Below, piece after piece: positions 12,895-25,032 of a stretch of 64,000 bases of DNA; the stretch's first letter is position 1; each line of letters starts with the position of its first letter. This DNA is from Cenococcum geophilum (lineage: Eukaryota): positions 1,984,001 through 2,048,000 of the forward strand of contig CP158636.1 of assembly GCA_050273025.1 (NCBI GenBank), read 5' to 3'. The translations under genes and the position numbers were made by a program. A model generated the notes under the pieces. The model did not search any database and was not told where the DNA came from. It saw only the letters and a program-made list of their open reading frames with translations.

Positions 12895-14889
12895 TTATAT
12901 TATAATCTTATCTGATAATAAGATCTTTTAATTTTAGCAACTTAATAATAAAGTCCTATAATATAACCTCCTATAGTCTCTCTGGTGTCTTAATAGGTTA
13001 TAGCCCTCCGTATAGCTTATGCCTCGTTAGTTTATTCCTTTAGTAATCTAGATACTCTTTTATAACTTTCCGTGCTAAGCCCTAGATTCCGTTAATAATA
13101 TACTTCTCCTAGAGTCTTAATACTAAGCCCATAGCTCTATTATGTCCTTAAGTTAATCCTTTATAAAAATCTTCCATAAATTACTCTGCTATGCTTCTTA
13201 GGATATACTTTACTTCTTAATTTTTATATATATCCATCTGTAGATCTTCTAGCTATACTTTTAGAATTCTCTATACCTAAAAGCTCTCTAGTAACTTGTA
13301 AACCTTATCTAGTTCTTTTTAAGTTGCTATAATTTTTGGATAATTATACCTAATTAACCCATCTATATCTTTTCGCAGTAAAGCCCCTAATAGCTTTTTA
13401 TTATTTTATAGTTTAGCCTTTTAACTTAAAGTATCTGCTTGCGTATTATTTGTACCCTTAATATACTAATTCTTAAAATAGTATTCCGTAAGTATCTCTG
13501 CCCATTTAACCTATTTTTAGTTAAGTTCCTTTATTATTAGAAATCCTATTAGGTTCTTATAATCCGTCTTAACTATAAATAGTTTCTCTATACCTTATAA
13601 GAATGCTCTTTATTTCTTTAATACTGTAACTATACCTAATAACTCCTTATTATAGATGTTATAGTTTAACTCAGTAGTGTTATTTTCCGACTATAGTATG
13701 CTACTAAGTGCTATCTATCTTAATATTTCTATATAAAGTATACCCCTAGTATATAGTCTAATATATCTATTTCTATAACCGTCTCTAATTTTAATTAATA
13801 GATCTTAAGAACTAGCTCCTAGGTAAACAATTTTTTAATTTTATTAAATAACTCTTACTACTCCTTTCCCTATACCTATAGTTCTTCTTTCTTTATTAAT
13901 CGCGTAAGTGGCTTAATATCTTTTAACTACTGCGCTATAAACCTTCTGCAGTAATTGTAAAACCCTAAGAATAATCTTAACTCTGTAACGTTCTCTAGTT
14001 CTTGCTAATTTACTATAGCCTTAATCTTCTTTAGATCTATACTAAGTTGGCCTAGTTTAATAATAAATCTAACGAAATCGGTCTTCCTAGTAAAGAACTC
14101 GCATTTCTTAATTGCTATTAGTATTTGTTCTTTTTATAGTCTCTTTAAGACCTATTTAATGTATTCTCTATATTCTTCCTTACTTATTAAGTAGATAATA
14201 ATATCGTTAAAATATACTATAATAAATTTATCTAAGTATTCTCCTAATATATTATTAATACGCTTCTAAAACGTTACTAGTGCATTTATAAGCCCAAATT
14301 GTATAACTAATGGTTTATATAGTCCTTCCTTTAACCTAAAGGCTGCCTTTTATTTATTGCCTTCTTTAATTCTAATTTAATAGTACGCCTATCTTAGATC
14401 TATCTTTATAAAGATTTGCGTATTACCTATTCTGTCTTAAATTTCGCTAATTAAGGGTAAAGGATATCTATCCTTCCTAGTAATGCTGTTTAACTTTCTA
14501 TAGTCGATATATAGCCTTAGTTTATCATTCTTCTTTAGTATAAATAGTACTAGATAACCTACTAATAACTACGATGGTTTAATATATCCTTTTTATAAGT
14601 TCTCTTAGATAAACTCTTTTAGTACTCTACCTTCTTCTTTAGTAAGCTTGTAGATTAAAAAGAACCTTAGACTTATTCCTAGTTTTAATTTTATTTTATA
14701 GTCCTATGCTATATACTCTAACAGCTTTTCACTCTTTAGTGACTATAGTTTCTTACCATACTTATAGTATCTCTTTAGTACGTAACTTAGTCCTTTTTCT
14801 ATTTCTTTATAGGTTGCTCCTACTTAGTACTATACTAACTTAGCTTATTATTATATCTTGCGGCGTTAAGTATCCCTAATATTAACCTA

Positions 14890-16820
14890 TCCGCCCCACG
14901 GACTATTTGCTTACGCTTATAGTCCTACGCAGCTTAACGGAATACTAAGCTTAACGGAACACGTACCCAAAATCAAGCCTTACCTACTTCCTTATATAAT
15001 TAAATTACCACAACCATGCCTATAGAATCCGAAATTATTAAGATACGCGTGTAAGATGCACTTCGTAAGTTATTACGTATAGAAACACCTAATATTTAAT
15101 TAGCAGCCCGCCTATATAACGCGCTATTTAAACGTATCTATAACCGTATTAACGGCATTAAAAGCAAGATATAGAGGCCTGGTAGTAATAAAATGCTTAA
15201 TTAACACTAGGAGGCTATACTTCTATCCTATATCGATTAAATAGACCGCCTTAAAGTCGGCGCGCTGTTCCACTAAGTCTACAATTGCGCGCAGCGTATC
15301 CTTAAGCTCTATGCGCCTAACGGCACTAAACTACCTACTCTTGGACGTAACTAAACTAAGAGATTCCTTAAACAAAACCTAATAGTGTATAAGGTTAAGC
15401 AGAAGCCTATAGAGATTAATTAAGCTACTATAAACGATCCTACCGCGATATAGGAATGGTATACTTTGTATAGGAATATAAAGGAGTAATGGGGTATTCT
15501 ACTATATAACGAATATAACTTTAACGAGTCTAGATTTTATATTGGAATTGGTGGCAGCTAGTGGATAATTACGCGTGTATTAGACACTAAAAGAATACAC
15601 TTAGCTAGTAAGACAAATCGCGATTTCACGTTAGTGTTAGAGGCTATATCTGGTAATAGAGTTATACTTGCCCCAGCAGTTATTATTAAGGGCCAATAAA
15701 TTATATATTAATACCTTAATAATATAAGTATACCTAGCAACTATATGCTAGGCGCTTAAACTAAAGGTTATTTAAATAACGACCTCGCGTTTAATTAGAT
15801 TCAGTACTTTAATAGGTAAAGCGCTGCTTAATAGATGGGTACGCATCGGCTGCTATTACTAGATGGCCATGGTTTATACCTTATAAAGAAATTTATAGAA
15901 TATTGTAAGGAGAAGAATATCTATTTATTAGCTATTCCGCCCTATATAAGCCACTTTCTATAACCGCTTAATATTATTCTCTTCTAGCTATTTAAGCACT
16001 ACTATAAGCTAGCTATTAAGATGGCTGTGCGAATAGGCTGTATAAACTTTAACACTATTAAATTCCTCTACGCTCTGCACCAAATTTATATAGCTATATT
16101 TAAATCCTTATCTATCCTATTAGGATGGGTAAAGACTGGCCTTATTCCATATAATCCTAAGGTTATATTAACTAGATTATGATATTAAACAGCTATGGTG
16201 CGTCTATCTACGCCACTACCTACGATAATATAACCACTGCGGCTATAACCTATAGTGCTACGAATACCTAATATACCGTATAGCTTATAGATAATAATAA
16301 ACCGGGTTCGCAGCTTTATTATTAAGCAGCCTAATAGGGTAAGGAATCCTTTGTTAATGCTTTGTAAGAGCGCTAGGAAGAATACTATGCTTCGCTTATT
16401 AGCAGAGGAGGACCTATATTTAATGTAGGTAGCGGTACGCGCCTGTGTAAAGCGTTAAAGGACCAACTAACGGGTTGTTTAAAAGGGAGGCTTAATATTT
16501 ATAGCAGATGGACGGCTTAAAGTATTATAATGAGTTCAAAAGGAAGCAGAGAAGGTAGGTAGGGCGGCTGCACGTGCGGTGAAGAAGTAGGTAAAGGAGG
16601 ACGCTATATAACGTGCAGAGGCCTAAGACTTGTAATATTTGGCAGGATTGTAGCTAGGCTATTGCTTAAGGTGCTCTACTAAGGATTTCTGTATATATAT
16701 ATAGCCTACGTAGAAATATATGGCTTTAAAATTATGTAGTGGGGCTCGTGTTCCGTTAAGCTTGGTGTTCCGTTAAGTTGCGTAGGACTATAAGCGTAAG
16801 CGAATAGTCCGTGGGGCGGA
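14890..16820 (+). mobile_element. pogo/Fot1-type DNA transposon, copy 1 (1931 bp); RIP-mutated transposase from ATG 15016 to ~16730
   Basis: ~70-bp TIRs (TCCGCCCCACGGACTATT...) and TA TSD. De-RIP motifs YNFDESGF, LLLDGHGSH, PPHMSHFLQPLD. Confidence 0.95.
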
Positions 16821-16910
16821 TAACCTGTAATTTAATTAATCTTCGGATTGTATTCCTATAACTAAGGTATCTCTAATACTGCCTTATCCCGTCCTAATAG
16901 TAAGATATTA

Positions 16911-17927
16911 GTAGTAGTTCTTTAATTAATGTCTAATACGGATCCTATCTAGGCCTACGCAGACTACTCTGTTATAGGGGGAAAACTTATAATTTATAGG
17001 AAGAAAACCCTGCAGTTAGGTTGGGGGAGGAAAAACCCTATAAGCCACCTTAGTAGGATGAAAAACCCCGATTTGCCATGTCCGTCCGTAACGGCGGCCC
17101 TATAGGCCTACGACTACGTCCTGTCCTCCTTAGATGTTCAAACTCCTTAGGAACCACTACTTCCTTCTCTAGCTTATTCTAGCTAGGGTTTACTACGTCC
17201 TAGCTAGGCCTTACCGTTTGATTGCCGTATACTTGTGGTTGTGTTCCGTATTTTAACTACCCCCTATATACTATCTCTTGTTAACCATTACTATATACGC
17301 TATACCTCCCCCCCCCTAAGGCCTATTAAAGGCGTAAGGGGGATTTATCTATAAACCACTACTATACTAAAAGGCGAGCGGGACGTGTGTGCCTAAGTAT
17401 CTTTTATGCCTAGGCCCTAGTCACTAGGCCCTCGCTAAGGGTTACTACTTCTTAAGAGGAGACAGGAAAACCGTACGGTATTATCCAGGCTGCTAGGTAG
17501 TATTTAATAGTTAATGGCGAGTGACTGTATGCTCCGCGGGCGATCGCCCTAGGGGTTAGAAGGGGCCGTATATTTACTCGTTGCTCGTTCGTTTACAATT
17601 GCTTATTTATTAACGTAAGAGGTCGTCAATGCTCTCTACTGGGGGTCGGGAGATGTTATCGAATGCTGTGTATTTATGTTGGATCGTATAGGTGCCTTAA
17701 TAGGAGAATAGTGTTGCTGTTATCGTAAGGGGCACTTAGTGGTGGTTTTCGAGATCTTACCATCCTATGTAAAAACCTTTTACTACCGCCTATAATACCT
17801 ATAACCACCACCACTAGGTCGTATCGCACGCTGTGTAACGTCTTTGCGTTGGCTCTAAGTCTAAACTTCGAAGACTTAGGTTCGTAGCCGTCACCACGTA
17901 TAGGTGCAGAGTCCGTTTTCGACGGCC
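16911..17927 (-). mobile_element. Non-coding, non-LTR (SINE-like) retroposon with an HDV-like ribozyme at its 5' end, copy 1
   Basis: 15-bp TSD AATAGTA(A/G)GATATTA at 16896-16910 and 17928-17942. Minus-strand 3' end ...GAACTACTAC. Homologous over its whole length to 48037-49039. Absent from B1. Confidence 0.85.
17842..17927 (-). ncRNA. HDV-like self-cleaving ribozyme (RIP-damaged copy)
   Basis: GGCCGUC-gaaaacgga-CUCUGC-ACC-UAUACGU-GGU-GACGGCU-AC-gaac-CUAAGUCU-loop-AGACUUAG-agCCAAC-GCAAAG. G>A changes break one P1.1 pair and one P2 pair. Confidence 0.75.
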
Positions 17928-20900
17928 AATAGTAGGATATTAAAAGATATTTTAATTCGTCTTCCTTTAATAGTTAACTAAATAGGTCCTATTTTAAGAT
18001 TTATAATGCCTCCTCCGTAGGCTATCGGATCTCCTAAAATTATAACTAATAGGTAAGGGTGCTCCTTCTATCTATAAGGTAATCCTATTTTCTTAACTAC
18101 TGCTAGTAAGATATAGTTTCTTATTGCTCTACTATCTATTAGCGCTTTAAACTGCTAATCTTACTATTTTACTTATAAATTTAGGTGTTGTTTTTAAATT
18201 CCTTTAAGGGTCTAAGGCTTTACTACTAGCTCCCTCTAGTTTTATAGACCTCTACTTTTCCTAACTATTAGCTGCTTAATCCTTATATACTTAGCTTACT
18301 CTTTAGCCAATACTTAGTTTGCTTTTTATCTTTAATATACTATAGATATATATTTTCTAGGTATTCCTACTACTATTATCTATCTAAGCATTTTTCCGTA
18401 AGAAATCTTCCTAGTTAAAGTATTAAGTCTCCTAACTTCTAAACTTCCACTAGATGCTAGCTATATATGTACTTAGCATTTCTATATTATTACTTATCTA
18501 TTATTTAATATATCCTTATAAAGTATTTCTAATTCTTTTCCTTTAGATTCTTGTGTATTTTATATATATTATCCACGTATACAATCTATAATAGTATATA
18601 GTATACTAGGTACTTTAGGTTAACACTTAGTTTGTTTTTATCCCTAAGTTTAAACCTCTATTATATTAATCTAAACGTTATAACTTTATTTACAGGTACT
18701 AAGATATGTCTTTCGCTTCTTTAGTCCTCTAAACGTTCCTTTAGATCCTTTAATGTTATAATTAAGGCTCCTTTAATATAAGTTATAGCCTTTTCCGTAA
18801 TTTGGTGGTTCTAGATAACTTTTTTATCCAACCACATATAGAAATCTTCCCACTTATTATTATGCCTTTGCCTATACTACCTTTAGTATAACTGCTAAAG
18901 TAAATACGGCTTATCCGTAAGGAAGTATCTTCTTATTACTATATTATAATAGCCCTTTATATATTGTTTCTTAAACCTAGTAGGAATCCCTAGATCCTCT
19001 TCTTATTCCAATTTAGTAAGCCACTTAGCTCTTAGTATGCCTGCCCTAGGCCTATTAGTGATTCTTTATAAGCGCTCTGTCCCTTATACGTCCTAATATA
19101 CTAAATCTCTTATCTAGTTTCTATTCTTACTATAAGGTAATTCTCGCTCTAAATTCCTTTATAGTTTCTTTCTTTTCGCGTCTTATAAGTAGATCCTTAA
19201 AGTCTCCTTACTTCTTAATCTCAGTATTAACGTTTTAATCTTTAGGCCGAACACTGTGTTCCCCTAGTAGGTTCTCTAGGTCTATATATCTATCTCCTAA
19301 TTTAGTTGCTGTTTATACCGCAGATTCTTTAATCTATAAAGAAGCTTTTTACCTCTTGCCTATAGGTATCCTAATTTATACTCCGAATTCTTAGTCCCTT
19401 AGATTCTTTAATCCTAAGCTTACTTTTAACTTAAGCTTTACTCCAGCCTTAGTCTAACTAGGCTTAGGTGTTCTTATCTCGTCCTAAAAGTCTTAAATCT
19501 TACTTATCTTATCTTGAGAATCTTATGCCTATAGGAAACTCTGTCCTAAGCTTATTCGTATATCTTTAAACTAAGCTACTGCTCTGCTCTATTAGTTATC
19601 GTCCATTATAAGTCCTTAAGCTTGCCTTATCTCATTTTAAGAATCTTAGTCGTCCTATATCTCGTCTTAAGAGTCTTAGGCCTTTGGCCTTTTGCCTTTA
19701 TTAAGTGCCGGAGTGATTCGCTATCCTACTTCTCTTACGTCTCGCGAAGCGATAGACATCGTATCTAGTAGGGTCTTGATCCCTACTAATATTCCCTATT
19801 CTATAGTGGAATTATTCTTTACCTCTTATATAACATCTCTAAGGTCTATATACTCCTAGTAAGCCGCCCTTATTACCTTATTGTTATAAAATGTTTCGCC
19901 TATATTAAATTTATCGTCCTTAATATCCGATCTACGAACTGGTTTATTTATTCCTTTATATTCCGGTAAATATAGCTCTTATAGCTAATAGCTTACGCCA
20001 TACTCAGCGTCTTTATAAATTTGGCATGCGTTATTATAACAAAATACAAAACTTTTAATTAAATATTCTTTTATTCCTCGCAGTATATTATCGTCCCTCT
20101 ATACATATATATCGTCTACCAGTCTTATCCCTTTTACTATATAATAACTCTAACTACTTCTATAATCTCTAATATAGTAACCTTATTTTCCGCAATTTAT
20201 ATAAGCCCCTTTTTTAAACCATTTCTCTTATTATAGAGTCCGCCTAAACGTCTTCTGCTACTAAGATCCCTAATTCGGCCTCTGCTTCTTAGACCTTTAA
20301 TTACTTAATCCTTATCCCCTAGGTTTTTATAGTTTCTTACTCTATCTCTTATAGGCTTCTCTAGTACTACTTAGGTCTATTAGCTCTGCGCTATACTATA
20401 GTTTTTAACTTAGCTTTAGTTGTTATATACTCTACGCCTTATATAACTATAGAACTTTATCCTAACCTTTCTTAGCCTATTTCCTTTAGTAGATCCAATT
20501 GTTAATCTTAATTACTTAATCTATTAAATTCTATAGGGTGTCCGCATCTTCTATTAGGATAATCGCGTCCTAAACTTTAGCCTTAAGTCCCTATTTATAC
20601 TATGCTATAAGGGCCCTATTATTCCACTCTACTTATATTACTAGCGTTTAAAACTACGTTATGTATTTAATTGCTAAGGTTTGTTACGTAATATCTTAGA
20701 GTTTTCTTTCCGCTATTATTACTGCCTCTAGGTCTTTAAATATTTACGTAAGTTATTCTACGAATTTATTCTAGCTTAAGAACATAGACTGTACCTCTTG
20801 GTTTATAGTTATTATTCCATTTGCCTAGATTTCTATAAGGTAAGGCTTAAACTATTTAAGTGCTCTTTCTATTAGGAACAATCCTGCGTACGCTATTTAA

Positions 20901-21880
20901 TCCATAGGTATCGCCAGCTTAGCTCCTTCCTGCGCTACCTTAAAGTGCATTTACGTAAGAAATCCTTTAAGCTTCGATTTCTCTCCTAAGAATCTCTTAA
21001 TTAATAGTAACTTAACCTTTGCTGCGCCTATTCCGTTAATCCTAGTTTCTAGTACTACATTATTTTCTATTAACTAGTCGACTATCTTTTATAGTTATCC
21101 GACTATTACAGGCTGCTATAAGTCAGTATCTGCTATACTGGTGTCACCTAACCTTAAAGTAGTTACCGCCGTCAATAGCATTATAGTAGCTGCTTTTAGT
21201 GGCATATTGTTTAACTTCTTATATTTAATACCGTAACTAGGTAGTAATTATATAACGGAACCTTGTAGTAGGAACTACAATGGGCTCATTATTAGGCTAG
21301 GTATATAGGAAATGCAAGTATAAAAGTTAATAAGTAATAACAGCTGGTGGAGTAGTTGCCTAATAAATTAACTCTAATTATATTCTAAGAATCACTATAA
21401 GGAAGGAACTATCTAGGTAGGGACTAAGGGTCCTTAAATACACAACCGTACTCCTATGAAATCCTTCTTATACGTAATGTACGTCTTATATATAAGGTAC
21501 GTAAGTTCCTCGCGTTCCTCTCGTTTAATACGTAGCATATTATATAACCTTAGTTACCATTCCTTGTCACATAGTTCTACCGGTTCCATCCTGGACCGTG
21601 CCTAAATTAACTAATTAGCTTCTTCTAACTCTTCCCTAAGTAGTCGTAATATCGTACTTAAAGCGTCCGTAACACTATATGCCTAATATATCTCCTCTAT
21701 AAGCTTAAACCACGGGCCCATTATTTTTAGATCCTTACATTTCGCGCGCCGCGAGTAGAATTTATAATTTTACTTTGTCTAAAGCTCTAGCTAAGCATTA
21801 ATAAATTGCAATACCCAGTTCTTGTTAACTGGCTAAGGGGGGGGGATTCTGGCTATGCGCGGTAAGTAATATATTTGCTA

Positions 21881-22343
21881 TCTATGGCCGTTATAGCTAC
21901 GCCTTAACTATCCGGTCGTTTTAGACTGGGTAATAGATATCCTAATCGCCAGGATATCTTAATCGCCACTCTAAAATCTACTAAAAATTAGAAAATTTAT
22001 ACCTTAATATTTTAATAACCACTAAATAATAAATTCTAATAATTTGGATTTAGGCTTTTATATATACTCTATAGCTTTTTATTAAAGTTATAAAAGAAAT
22101 AGTTTAGTAGTTTTAAAGATATAGTATTTTAGCCTTATTTTAGCCTTATTTTAGCCCCTAATTTTTAATATCTTAAAAACTACTAAATTATTTATTTTAT
22201 AACTTTAATAAAAAGCTATAGACTATATATAAAAGCTTAGATCCAAATTATTAGAATTTATTATTTAGTAGTTATTAAGATATTAAGGTGTAAATTTTCT
22301 AATTTTTAGTGGGTGGTCGAGGCGTAGCTACAATGGCTATGGA
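21881..22343. mobile_element. Foldback MITE with TA TSD inserted in the old pogo transposase
   Basis: Terminal ~33-bp inverted repeats (TC[C/T]AT[G/A]GCC...GCTACGCC) and ~145-bp internal inverted arms (21978-22120 vs ~22168-22310) around an (ATTTTAGCCTT)n spacer. The host reading frame is restored when it is removed. Confidence 0.85.
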
Positions 22344-23430
22344 TATTCGTCGTATATTAATAATCTGGGGGGGAAATCCGCGTTAGTTAAGCTCTAGGAT
22401 CTACTATATAAGTGCCTACTCCTTAAATAGCTATAGCTTTCGTTTTTTTAAGTTAAATTACGTGATTAGTACTAAGCCCTTAACGTGATGCTAAAGGCTT
22501 ATTTTAGAAATACTATATAACCTAGCTGCCCTATAAAGGCCTAAAATCCAATTATTTTAAATAGCATACTTTAAAATAGCTAGTCTGCCTTCTTGCTAAA
22601 GCTTTTAAACGTTATGTTGTAATACCATAGTTAATTTGATTGAAGACGCGTCTTGATTTTGGTAGGGTTTATTAGGGAGTAGTGTTTGCCAGGGAGTGGT
22701 GGAATACGTTGATATCCCCCTACTAAAATACTTATAACTTATTAACTACAATAGTTATTTATATAAAAATTTAAATATAGCTTATTAAATAGTAAATTAA
22801 GCTTTTTATAAAATAAAATCTTTTAAATTTAAAACTATATTATATATTTATAAAATACTTATAACTTAATAATTATAATAGTTATTTATATAATACTTTA
22901 TAGCATTTTTTTAATTAAATGTTTTTTATTTTATAATTTTTATAAAAAAGAAATTATAAAAAGTTTAATAAGGAATACTAAAAGCGAGATCCGACCCATA
23001 CTGTCCTATAGGGGTTCCTTTCCATCTTATCCTGTCCGTACGGTTAAGCTAAGAGTAAGGATTTCGTCTGTTACCGATGCAGCGGCGTTACGTTGTGGCT
23101 AGAGGGCGCTTTTGAATGCGTTGTCCTTAACGCCATTAAAAAAGTAGAGTTTTTACAGGTCTTAGCGTGCTAAGAATTAAAAAACTATAAGGACAACTTA
23201 TTATAAATAGAGGAATAGTTTTAAGAACTACCTAATGTTTTCTTACCTAGGCTCTAATCTAGGGCTATAAGCCAGCGCTTGTATTTACTAGTAGAAGTAA
23301 TAGATAGATTTAAGGAGATAATAGGGCACCTCTGTACTTATTCTGCTCTAAAACTATCTAGTAGTAAGGGCACAGGAAGAATCTTAATACTATTAACTAT
23401 ATTTAGCGACGTTAATCCTCCCTTTCTATA

Positions 23431-23586
23431 TAGCGGCGTTAACCTTTTTTTAGGTGGCGACGTTAATTTAAAACGGACTAAGAAAGAGCTAGGATAAACC
23501 TGTAAAAGTAGCGGCGTTAACCTTTCTCTAGGTGGCGACGTTAATCTAAAACGGACTAAAAAAGAGCTAGGATAAACCTATATAGG
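23431..23586 (+). repeat. 78-bp direct tandem duplication (2 copies, 26 codons)
   Basis: TAGCGGCGTTAACCTTT...GAGCTAGGATAAACCT starts at 23431 and again at 23509. Confidence 0.85.
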
Positions 23587-25032
23587 TAGGCTGAAACGGA
23601 CCTAGATATAGGTGTTGGTTAAAATAGGAGGATAACAAGTTTAGTTAGTAGGCGGCTAAGGAACGATAGCTGCGCGGCGTTGAGTTATTATGGGCCTACG
23701 CCTATAAGACACAGTCGGCCTATTATTATAAGAGCGTTATAGGTAACGCGAAGTAGCTGGTAATGGCTGTGGGGCATAGTATATAATAGTAGCGATGGAC
23801 AACTCTAGGAACCTTACCCCTTTATTAGGCTCTAACTCCTAGTGGACCTATTTTAGAGGAAGGATTAATACCTTATTAATGACACTGTCTATATAGCCTA
23901 AAAGGACGGACGTGTATGTCGGTTTATTTAGGTAGGGTAGGTTATAAGGATAGGCTTATAGAGCAAATTAGGTATATATAGGCAGTGGCTAGTTTTAGCT
24001 GGCTAGTTGCTGTGGAAGCAGATAGACGTTAAGTATAACGGCGCTATTGTACGTTACCTGCCAAATTCTGCTATATTCTACCGACCTATAATTGGCCCGC
24101 CCAAAGCTAGCGCCTTAGCGGCTTACCCTATATATTTGTTTACATCAGTCCTAGCGACCCCTTTTCCTTCTCTTTAGCTTAGTATCTTTATAAGATAGCA
24201 TTCTATAAGCTTTAGTTTAGAAGCATTTGTATAAGCCGTTACATTATACTAAGCTCTCCCTATATTGCCTAGGAAGGCCTTAATAATATCCCACCCTAAA
24301 AGAAAGAAAAACTTCGTCTGTAATAACGTGTTAACGCGCTATACTTAGACACCAAAACAACTCTATATTGCCTAGGAAGGCCTAGATAATATTCTACCTT
24401 ATAAGCTAGATAGGACTAGACCTGCACCCCTAGAATTAAAACTAAAGTATATAATACCGACGAACCCTAAAAAGCTAACGATGGCACCCAAAGTAAGCTT
24501 ATTTAAGAGAGCTGCTTTTACCTAAGAGGAACCTAAGATCTAATTAGGATTAGAAATTAAAGATAACGATAACGTCGTAGACGTACGCGAGTAGATTTGC
24601 GCCCTTGCAGCTAGCTAGGAAGCCGATTGTCTTAAGGTAAGGAATATATAAGAGACCTTATAAGAGATCCTAGAAAGCCTTAGAGCCCTATAAAATAGCC
24701 CGGCTTCCCCTTCTTAAAGCCCTAGCCGATATACTTACTCTACTAAATGCGATATACTAGGGAGTACGGATATAATAACGAAGTAAGTAAAGTCCGTTAA
24801 GCTCCCTAACCCCTAACTACTGTCTAATAGGATAAACCCTACCTTTAAGAATTGGAGGATTTAAGTACGAGGAAAACTTTGTATTAACTATAACTATTTC
24901 CTTTCTAAGGAAGCCAAAATGCTCTACCTTTTTAGTTAAACCACTGGAGACGCCTAACGGCACCTTTAAGCTAAGTTTAAGGACGATTCCCCTGTCTAAT
25001 TTATATCTATTAATAAGATAATACGGCACCTA

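Larger units (their letters stand above)
2500..21674 (-). mobile_element. Ty3/Gypsy chromovirus family B, outer copy (B0), carrying four nested insertions
   Basis: LTRs at 2500-2921 and 21251-21674 (T[G>A]TAA...TAACA). 5-bp TSD CTATA at 2495-2499 and 21675-21679. PPT complement ctatctccctcc follows 2921. RIP-mutated RT motif (YxDD read as YFNDI) near 14200. Confidence 0.93.
2383..22709 (-). mobile_element. Old pogo/Fot1 (Tc1-mariner) transposon at the base of the nest; transposase pieces at 2383-2499, 21675-21880 and 22344-~22630
   Basis: The joined minus-strand pieces de-RIP to M..QQEGRL..A..N..ISGLRRAARLYSV..TSLR..K..RKL..EEQALVQWILELDRRGFPPQIIDVRRMANILL..PVNKNWVSQF..RAKCED..WF..YGILDEDTYNFDETGF. 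This is the typical Fot1/pogo HTH plus first DDE aspartate. A TIR-like end lies near 22670-22709. Confidence 0.8.
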
